DNA of 46,916 nt from the NCBI GenBank assembly GCA_030038175.1, contig JASHPN010000176.1, positions 1-46,916 of the forward strand, in the 5' to 3' direction. Shown in pieces: positions 9,413 through 16,528 of this stretch. The position numbers and the translations under genes are program-made. Positions within the stretch are counted from its first letter, which is position 1. Every line of letters begins with the position of its first letter. The DNA is from Verrucomicrobiia bacterium. GTDB lineage: Bacteria > Verrucomicrobiota > Verrucomicrobiia > Limisphaerales > UBA11358. Under the pieces are notes generated by a model, which had not been told where the DNA came from, did no database searches, and worked only from the letters and a program-made list of their open reading frames with translations.

Positions 9413-11260
9413 TCAATGACTCGCCGGGATTCGTTTCAAAATCTTGATGCCGAATTGGCCGTTTTTGAGGGGTTCGCTGCCGAAGAGAATTTCAGGGCGG
9501 TAATTCTTTCGCACCCATTGCATGAGCGGCTGGCCGAAGTCCGGGGAACTTCCGAAATAGCCGATCTGAAACTCGGAGGAATCACGCTCGACGATGAAAA
9601 CGTAATCCGGCGCGCCTTGCTCAAACGCGGCGGTCATCGTGGATTGGCCGATGACGGTTACGGAATTTAAGTCCCAGAACAGGCAGGGAGTGGGGTTTGC
9701 GCGGCGCGTCAAATAATTCAACATTTCGCCTTCCGGCACCACGGCAAAGGTAGCGCCGGGCGGAAGATTTTTTTCCGTCCAGGCGAGGGCGGCGTTGATG
9801 TCCCGTCCGGTATCCGGATTTTTGATATCACGGGCGTCTGAATTATAGGTAAAGATTTTATCGCCGCCGCTTCCCACCGGCAGCGTCTTTTTCGCGTACA
9901 ACAGGAGCGATTGGTCAAACAAATTGGCGAAACCAATCAGCAACACCAGGGCGATTGCGAAGCGAAAGGAACGCCGGGGAACCTGGAACTTTTTTTCCAG
10001 CCAATCCGGGAGGAGCCAGTAGAGCAAATAAATCGAGCTGACAAACGCCGGCATGGCCAGCGCGAAGCCATAGTGAAAAATGCGCGGGAACAAGCCAAGT
10101 TTCGCCAACAGAACCAGGGCAAAGATGCTCCAGAGCAGCGGAAAGACCGGCGGTTGTTCGGCGGTTTTATATTTCCACGCGATGAAACCGCAGGCGCACA
10201 GGCACAAGGGCGGCAGCGGCCAGCCGCATTGAACCCAATCGAAACGACCCGCCCAAATCAGGAGCGGCAAAATCAGGAGCAGCAGAATGACCAGCGGGGA
10301 GTTTATCCCTTTCAATTTCCAATTGCGTGTCCAGCGCAGCACAAAAGCGTACACGGCCACGGCCAAAGCAACGGCGAGAAAATAAAGAATGATTTCCCGC
10401 AAATGAGCCAGGGGAGCATCCAGCCCGGTGCACCACAGGTAAAAAGCGTTGTTGGTGATTTTTCCCTGCACGATCGGAAGCCAATCGAAAACCACCGATC
10501 GGAAGCTTTCGCGCGCGTTTTCTGTGTGCAGGAAAAAAAAGAAAAAGAACAAGGATGGAATCGCTCCAGCGCAGACAAATGCGGGCAGAGAGGAAACGAG
10601 TTTTTTACGCCCCCATTTGAAGCCATAGAGAATAAATGCTCCCAGGACGGCGACCGCCAGCGCCGTGCAGATATCCGGTTTGGTGAGGAAGACGATGCCG
10701 GCGAAAAAGCCGGCGGCGAGGGCGGCGCGGATTTTTCCCCCGGCAATCCAATCGCTCAACAGGGCGATGGCAAAAATGGAAAAAATCAGGCCATGCGTGG
10801 CCTCGTGCGTATAGGGCGCGATGTAATTGTAATTTCCAATCTGGACGTATTGCCCAAACGCAAAAATGAGCACGATGCCCAAACCCATGAGGGTCGCTGT
10901 CGCAGCATTAGCGGCCGCGCAAAAGCGGCGATAGACGACAAAAATCATCGCCGCGGCCAGAATCAGGTTGGCGGCGATCAACGTTGAAAACGAAACGCCG
11001 AAGATTTTAAAAAGGAGCGCGTTGAAATATTGGGAGAAAGGTCCGCCGGAGAAATAAAACAAATTGCGGTACAAAACCGCGCCGAGCGAAATCCGCCAGG
11101 GCATATAGAGCTGCGTCCCGAAATCAACCAGGACATCCGGCCATTTGCGCCAGGTGAGCGCGGCGGCCAGAACAAACGCCACCGCCACCACGCCCAATCC
11201 CGGCCATCCTGAATGCCGGGAGGAAATATTATCCGACGTTTTTGATTCAGGCTGGCTCAC
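9413..11260 (-). CDS. Polytopic membrane protein, putative GT-C fold glycosyltransferase (ArnT/PMT-like)
   Basis: About 13 TM helices, DVLVDFGTQLY..W....G..LYR first loop, C-terminal periplasmic domain (NYLTRR.NPTP, PDYVFIV). Confidence 0.65.
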   Translation of the reverse strand: MSQPESKTSDNISSRHSGWPGLGVVAVAFVLAAALTWRKWPDVLVDFGTQLYMPWRISLGAVLYRNLFYFSGGPFSQYFNALLFKIFGVSFSTLIAANLILAAAMIFVVYRRFCAAANAATATLMGLGIVLIFAFGQYVQIGNYNYIAPYTHEATHGLIFSIFAIALLSDWIAGGKIRAALAAGFFAGIVFLTKPDICTALAVAVLGAFILYGFKWGRKKLVSSLPAFVCAGAIPSLFFFFFFLHTENARESFRSVVFDWLPIVQGKITNNAFYLWCTGLDAPLAHLREIILYFLAVALAVAVYAFVLRWTRNWKLKGINSPLVILLLLILPLLIWAGRFDWVQCGWPLPPLCLCACGFIAWKYKTAEQPPVFPLLWSIFALVLLAKLGLFPRIFHYGFALAMPAFVSSIYLLYWLLPDWLEKKFQVPRRSFRFAIALVLLIGFANLFDQSLLLYAKKTLPVGSGGDKIFTYNSDARDIKNPDTGRDINAALAWTEKNLPPGATFAVVPEGEMLNYLTRRANPTPCLFWDLNSVTVIGQSTMTAAFEQGAPDYVFIVERDSSEFQIGYFGSSPDFGQPLMQWVRKNYRPEILFGSEPLKNGQFGIKILKRIPASH

Positions 11261-11266
11261 CGCTCG

Positions 11267-12736
11267 TCATACGGTGTAACTTCCGCTGGCCGTCGTTCCA
11301 CCCTTGCCGGTCCAGTTGGTGTGGAAAAACTGGCCGCGCGGCTTGTCAACCAGTTCATAGGTGTGCGCGCCGAAATAATCGCGTTGGGCCTGCAACAGGT
11401 TGGCCGGCAGCACGGCGCTGCGGTATTGATCGTAAAAGGCCAGCGCGGTGCTGAAGGCCGGCGCGGGAATGCCCTTTTTGGCCGCTGCGGCGACCACATT
11501 GCGCCAGCCCTTTTGGCAGCGCTTGATTTCACCGCGAAAATAATCGTCCAGCAGCAAATTCATCAGTTTCGGATTGTGGTCGTACGCATCCTTGATTTTG
11601 CCCAGGAACCGCGAGCGGATAATGCAACCCCCGCGCCACATCAACGCGACGCCGCCCATATTGAGGTTCCACTTATACTCCGCCGCCGCCGCGCGCATGA
11701 GCATGTAACCTTGCGCGTAGCTGATGATCTTGGAGGCGTAAAGCGCGTCCCGGACGTCCGCGATGAATTGTTTTTTCTTCGAATCATTTTTGGCCACGGA
11801 CAAAAATGGCCTTGGCCCTTTCAATTTCCGGGCGGCTTTGACGCGTTCGTCTTTCAGCGCGGAAACGCACCGGGAATAAACCGCCTCGGCGATCAGGGTG
11901 ATCGGCATTCCCAGGTCGGCGCTGTTTTGAACGGTCCATTTGCCCGTGCCTTTTTGACCGGCGGTATCGAGAATTTTGTCCACCAGCGGTGTGCCGTCGG
12001 TGTCTTTGTAGGCGAGAATATCGCGCGTGATTTCGATCAGGTAGGAATCCAATTCGCCCTGGTTCCATTCGGCGAAGACGTCGTGCATTTCCTGGGCGCT
12101 CATGCCCAGGCCGTTTTTCAGGATATTATACGCCTCGCAGATCAACTGCATGTCGCCGTATTCAATGCCGTTATGGACCATTTTTACATAATGGCCGGCG
12201 CCATTTTCGCCCACCCAATCACAGCAGGGTGTGCCATCCTCCACTTTGGCGGCGATGCCCTGAAAAATGTTTTTGACGTGAGGCCACGCGGCGGGGGAAC
12301 CCCCCGGCATGATGGATGGGCCGTGCCGCGCGCCTTCTTCACCGCCGGACACCCCGGTGCCGATGTAGAGCATGCCCTTGCTTTCGACGTATTTGGCGCG
12401 GCGGTTGGTGTCTTCAAACAGCGAGTTGCCGCCGTCAATAATGATATCGCCCGCTTCGAGGTGCGGCAGCAGGAGTTCGATAAATTCATCCACCGGTTTG
12501 CCGGCCTTGACCATGAGCATGACGCGGCGGGGCTTTTTGAGTTTCGCAATCATTTCCTCGATGGAACGGGCGCCAACGACTTTGGTGCCCTTGGCTTCGT
12601 TGGCGAGAAACTCGTCCACTTTGGCGACCGTGCGGTTGAAGGCCACGACGGTGAAGCCGTGGTCGTTCATGTTGAGGATTAAATTCTGGCCCATCACGGC
12701 CAGTCCGATGACTGCAATATCAGCTTGGGTATCCAT
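11267..12736 (-). CDS. gnd: 6-phosphogluconate dehydrogenase, decarboxylating (NADP)
   Basis: IGLAVMGQNL, GVSGGEEGA, VKMVHNGIEYGDMQ, QAQRDYFGAHTY; ATG at 12736. Confidence 0.97.
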   Translation of the reverse strand: MDTQADIAVIGLAVMGQNLILNMNDHGFTVVAFNRTVAKVDEFLANEAKGTKVVGARSIEEMIAKLKKPRRVMLMVKAGKPVDEFIELLLPHLEAGDIIIDGGNSLFEDTNRRAKYVESKGMLYIGTGVSGGEEGARHGPSIMPGGSPAAWPHVKNIFQGIAAKVEDGTPCCDWVGENGAGHYVKMVHNGIEYGDMQLICEAYNILKNGLGMSAQEMHDVFAEWNQGELDSYLIEITRDILAYKDTDGTPLVDKILDTAGQKGTGKWTVQNSADLGMPITLIAEAVYSRCVSALKDERVKAARKLKGPRPFLSVAKNDSKKKQFIADVRDALYASKIISYAQGYMLMRAAAAEYKWNLNMGGVALMWRGGCIIRSRFLGKIKDAYDHNPKLMNLLLDDYFRGEIKRCQKGWRNVVAAAAKKGIPAPAFSTALAFYDQYRSAVLPANLLQAQRDYFGAHTYELVDKPRGQFFHTNWTGKGGTTASGSYTV

Positions 12737-12831
12737 ATTAAAAATCCATATTAAGCAATTCTTTGCCGGGGCGAAAGTCCGGGATGCATGTGTTTCCGCG
12801 ACCCGGCCTGGGCGGCGCGGCATTCAAACAG

Positions 12832-12856
12832 CAGAGCCGCGCGCGTGAGCAAGCGG
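12832..12856 (+). repeat. REP-like unit (family D: cagagccgcg..cgtgag..agcg)
   Basis: cagagccgcgcgcgtgagcaagcgg; related to 16503-16528 (reverse) and 36471-36494. Confidence 0.7.
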
Positions 12857-12889
12857 CCGGTCGTGGCGGCGATGATGGGATACGAGGTT

Positions 12890-13432
12890 TCAATACGTGC
12901 GCCGGAGTCGGAACGGCAGGCGCGGCGGACGGGAGCTGCCGGTCCAGCGGGTCTTGTACCGGTGCTTTTGGCACAACTGAATGGCGTAAATATAGGAAAT
13001 CTTCAATTCCTTCGCGACTTCCCGGAGGGTGAGCCCGGGTTTCAAACTCTTGAACCGGGCGTTCCAGTAATCCGCCCGCTCATGCTTTCCCTTCTTCCGT
13101 TTGAAGCGGTAGCCCGCCGATTTTCCGTAATAATACGCGCGCTGCTCGGTCAGCTTCAATCTTTCCGCGGCGTCGCCAATGGTCAAATCCGGCGGCAGCC
13201 GGCGCATTAAATTCATGAGCCGCGTTTTATGCTGGGTGTTGCTGCGCACCTTGGGAATGCCATAGCGCATTCGCAATTCATAGATGGCGGCGCGCGTGAC
13301 CCCAAAGAGCTTTCCGATTTCCGCATCAGACTTGGTGAGGCTGCTGCGGATGATCTTCAGCCGTTTCTGGGTGCGCTGCCACGGCGAGGGCCGTTCGCGT
13401 CGTTTTCTTCGCTTTTTTGTTTCAATCGCCAT
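12890..13432 (-). CDS. Highly basic hypothetical protein with three tandem HTH-like repeats
   Basis: SDAEIGKLFGVTRAAIYELR, LTIGDAAERLKLTEQRAYYY, LTLREVAKELKISYIYAIQL; K/R-rich; 18 nt downstream of ymdB. Confidence 0.7.
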   Translation of the reverse strand: MAIETKKRRKRRERPSPWQRTQKRLKIIRSSLTKSDAEIGKLFGVTRAAIYELRMRYGIPKVRSNTQHKTRLMNLMRRLPPDLTIGDAAERLKLTEQRAYYYGKSAGYRFKRKKGKHERADYWNARFKSLKPGLTLREVAKELKISYIYAIQLCQKHRYKTRWTGSSRPPRLPFRLRRTY

Positions 13433-13450
13433 TTTACGGGTGATTCAGCG

Positions 13451-14236
13451 TCATGCTGCCTCCGATACGCGCTGAATGTTTAATGCTTTGCCGGTGGATT
13501 CGTCAACTTCAATCAGCGCCCCCTGCAAAAGCACCCGCTTTTTGGCCACCTCAAATCGCTGCGGCATGGACGTTAGAAAGCGTTTAATGACCGGCTCGAT
13601 CTCCCGGCCCAGGACGCTTTCGTGCGGCCCCGTGAATCCAGCGTCGCTCAAATAGCCAGTGCCTCCGGGAAAGATCTGTTCGTCCGCCGTTTGCACGTGC
13701 GTATGCGTGCCCACCACCGCGCTGGCCTGGCCGTCCAGCATCCGCCCAAACGCGATTTTTTCCGAGGTCGCTTCCGCGTGAAAATCCACGAAAATGATTT
13801 TTGTCTGTTCCCGCAGTTTCGTCACTTCCCCGGCCGCGGCCAAAAACGGATTCTCCACCGGCGGCTGCATATACGTGCGCCCCTGAAAATTCAGGACGGC
13901 AACCTTAAATCGCCGATTTTTTGCTTCAAATGCGCCGCTTCCGCGTCCCGGCACGTCCGCCGGATAATTCATGGGCCGCAAAAATCGTTTCTCACTTTCC
14001 AGCAGGCCCATCACTTCCTTTTGGTCCCACAAATGGTCGCCGCTGGTGATGACATCCACGCCGGCGGAAAAAATCTCTTCGGCAGTTTTGGGCGTGATGC
14101 CTGAGCCGCCGGCCGAATTTTCACCGTTGGCCACGACAAAATCCAGGGCCCATTTCTCGCGCAAACCGGGCAAAAGAGCATTGACGGCGTTACGCCCAGG
14201 CTGGCCGACGATATCGCCGATGAAAAGGAGTTTCAC
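13451..14236 (-). CDS. ymdB: YmdB-like metallophosphoesterase (TIGR00282 family)
   Basis: FIGDIVG.PGR, ANGEN.AGG.GIT, DFHAEATSEK, GTHTHVQTADE. Confidence 0.93.
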   Translation of the reverse strand: MKLLFIGDIVGQPGRNAVNALLPGLREKWALDFVVANGENSAGGSGITPKTAEEIFSAGVDVITSGDHLWDQKEVMGLLESEKRFLRPMNYPADVPGRGSGAFEAKNRRFKVAVLNFQGRTYMQPPVENPFLAAAGEVTKLREQTKIIFVDFHAEATSEKIAFGRMLDGQASAVVGTHTHVQTADEQIFPGGTGYLSDAGFTGPHESVLGREIEPVIKRFLTSMPQRFEVAKKRVLLQGALIEVDESTGKALNIQRVSEAA

Positions 14237-14288
14237 GCCGAGAAGTTACGCGGGAACGGCCCGGAAGGCACGTTTTTTGTGGGAGCCA

Positions 14289-15266
14289 TTACAAGCAGCA
14301 GGCGAGGGCTCCGAGGGCGGCTGCGGCGAGCCAGAGGATGAGCACGGACCGGGTGCGGCTGAGGCCCGCGCGGACAAGGCGATGCGAAATATGATTGGTG
14401 TCGCCAATCCAGAACGGCTTGCGGTTGAGCGTTCGCATCAGGGTGACCTGGGCGAGGTCCAGGAGCGGAATGGCCAGGACGAGCAGGGGCGAGAGCACGG
14501 CCAGAGGACGTGGGTTTTGTTTCGTGTAAAAATGCGGCAGGATGGCCATGACGGCGAGCAGGTATCCGACCAACTGGCTGCCGGCGTCGCCCAGAAACGC
14601 CCGCGCATTGGGGAAATTCCAGGGGAGAAAACCCAGCAGCGATCCGCAAATCAAGAACCCGGCGAGGGCCACAAGATATTCGCCGTTGGAGGCGGCAATG
14701 AGCGCGAATAAAAACGCGCCAATCGCGCCCACGCCGGCGCAAAGGCCGTTCATGTTGTCCATGAAATTGAAAGCGTTGATGACCGTCAAAAGCCAGAGCA
14801 CGGTGATGGCATAGCTGAAGGCGGCGCTCGGCACAAACAGTGTGATCTTTTTGCAAGCGATGGCCACCACGACGGCGGCTAAAAATTGCCCGGCGAATTT
14901 CGGCAGCGCCTTTAATTCATGCTTGTCGTCAAGCCAGCCCAGGATCGTGATGCCGATGGCGCCGGCGGCGATGGCGCCCAGTTCCAGCCCCCGGTGCTTC
15001 AGCCCGTAGGCAATCGGACCGGCGAGGGAAAATTTCAGGAACCCGGATGCGATCAGGATCGCGCCGGCCATGAGCGGCAGCAAAATGCCGGTCAGGACCG
15101 CGTAACCGCCCGCCAGCGGCGTGGGCTCATGATGAATTTTTCGGTCGCCCGGTTCGTCAACGAGTTTTGTCCGCAAACACCATTTCCGCCAAAGCGGCAG
15201 GGCCAGCAGCGTCGTCAAAAACGCGCCGGCAAACGTCACGAGGAAGTAATTGTACGGGAAAGGCAT
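14289..15266 (-). CDS. Undecaprenyl-phosphate GlcNAc-1-phosphate transferase (WecA/MraY family)
   Basis: DEPGDRKIH..PTP..GG, GWLDD, NAFNFMDNMNGL, FLGDAGS, GDTNHISHRL. Confidence 0.92.
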   Translation of the reverse strand: MPFPYNYFLVTFAGAFLTTLLALPLWRKWCLRTKLVDEPGDRKIHHEPTPLAGGYAVLTGILLPLMAGAILIASGFLKFSLAGPIAYGLKHRGLELGAIAAGAIGITILGWLDDKHELKALPKFAGQFLAAVVVAIACKKITLFVPSAAFSYAITVLWLLTVINAFNFMDNMNGLCAGVGAIGAFLFALIAASNGEYLVALAGFLICGSLLGFLPWNFPNARAFLGDAGSQLVGYLLAVMAILPHFYTKQNPRPLAVLSPLLVLAIPLLDLAQVTLMRTLNRKPFWIGDTNHISHRLVRAGLSRTRSVLILWLAAAALGALACCL

Positions 15267-15271
15267 TGCTG

Positions 15272-16414
15272 TTAACGCGCCGCCAGCTTCAGGTAGAGAT
15301 TGTAGATGTCGCGGACCATTTTGTCTGCCGCGAAGTTGTCGCGGACCAATTCCCGGCCAGCCTCGCCCAATTTCACGCAGAGAAGAGGTTCGGCGGCGAG
15401 TTGAACCAAACGGTTTTGCAACGCGGCCAGATCGCCCGGCGGGATCAGAAAACCCGTCCGCCCATCGAGGCAGGCCTCGCGCGCTCCGTCGCAATCATAG
15501 GCGATCGCCGGTTTGCCGGCCGCCAGCGCCTGGGGCACCGCGCGGGGCAGACCTTCACGCTGGGACAAATGAACCAGCGCATTCATTACGCCCGCGTAGC
15601 GCGGTATTTCGGCGGGCGCCACCAGGCCGGTGAAAATAAAATGCTTCGTCAGGCCCCGCCCGCGCGCTTCCGCTTCAAAACGGCCGCGCCAGGGTCCGTC
15701 TCCAACCAGGAGAAATTTGATTTTGGGATTTCGGCGCACGATTTCCGGCGCGGCGGCAAACAAATCATCATGCCCCTTGAGCTTGAAAAGCCGGGCAATT
15801 GTGCCGGCTACAAAATCGTCCGGCGCGATGCCAAGCCGGTCCCGGAGCGCCGAATCATTTTTCGCGGCCAAAAACGGCTCGAGCGCGAAGCCGCTGAAGA
15901 TTTTTGTGTATTGTTCCGGCCGGCCGATGCCGGCCGCCAGGTATTGTTCTTTCATGGCATCGGCCACGACGATGAAATGGGTGGTGAAACCGGCCGCGTA
16001 TTTTTCCGCGCTGCGGAAAACGAAATTGGCGGCGGCGTTTTGAAATTTTCCGAAGGATGGCCCGTGGATCGTGTGGATGATGATCGGGACACCCGCGCGC
16101 CGTGCGGCGATCCGGCCCAAAATGCCGGCTTTGCCGCTATGGGTATGGACGATATCCGGCTTTTGGTTGCGGAACAGTTTTTCAAGTTTTCGCCGCGCCG
16201 CCAGGTCTTTGAACGGGCTAACGGGGCGGACCAGTTCGGGAACCGTGATGACATCGAGCGCCGGGTCCGCCAGCGAACCTTCGGGGCCGGTTGCAGGCCC
16301 GGAAACCAGGCGCACGTCCAGGCCGGCGATTTGACGCAAGCCGAGGACGGTGGCCAGGGTATTCTCCTGCGCGCCGCCCACGATGAGGCGGGTGATGACG
16401 TGAGTGATCCGCAT
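15272..16414 (-). CDS. Glycosyltransferase family 4 (GT-B)
   Basis: ITRLIVGGAQENT, DIVHTHSGKAG, KGHDDL, REGLPRAVPQALAAG. Confidence 0.92.
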   Translation of the reverse strand: MRITHVITRLIVGGAQENTLATVLGLRQIAGLDVRLVSGPATGPEGSLADPALDVITVPELVRPVSPFKDLAARRKLEKLFRNQKPDIVHTHSGKAGILGRIAARRAGVPIIIHTIHGPSFGKFQNAAANFVFRSAEKYAAGFTTHFIVVADAMKEQYLAAGIGRPEQYTKIFSGFALEPFLAAKNDSALRDRLGIAPDDFVAGTIARLFKLKGHDDLFAAAPEIVRRNPKIKFLLVGDGPWRGRFEAEARGRGLTKHFIFTGLVAPAEIPRYAGVMNALVHLSQREGLPRAVPQALAAGKPAIAYDCDGAREACLDGRTGFLIPPGDLAALQNRLVQLAAEPLLCVKLGEAGRELVRDNFAADKMVRDIYNLYLKLAAR

Positions 16415-16425
16415 CGGATTCTGAT

Positions 16426-16463
16426 AAATTTAAAAATTAAAAAGGCAAAATGGAAAAGAAAAG
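16426..16463. repeat. A-rich degenerate heptamer tandem array
   Basis: aaattta aaaatta aaaaggc aaaatgg aaaagaa; similar arrays at 22602-22640, 24275-24304, 44697-44743. Confidence 0.55.
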
Positions 16464-16466
16464 TCA

Positions 16467-16528
16467 GGGCTCGACAGGAGTCTCGCCCCACCGTAAATCA
16501 GACCGCTCCCTCACGGTCGCGGCTCTGA
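16467..16528. repeat. Two adjacent REP-like units (gggctcgacaggagtctcgccccacc and family D ccgctccctcacggtcgcggctctga)
   Basis: The family D unit 16503-16528 matches 36471-36494 at 23/24 nt (reverse) and contains the stop codon of the upstream TPR gene; the first unit has no second copy in the window. Confidence 0.7.

Noticed and set aside
11321-12682. 453-aa plus-strand ORF
   Set aside because: Antisense shadow of gnd, typical of GC-rich codon bias; no motifs
15167-16528. 453-aa plus-strand ORF, and similar ORFs at 9911-10987, 26598-27545 and 39111-40184
   Set aside because: Antisense shadows of well-supported genes
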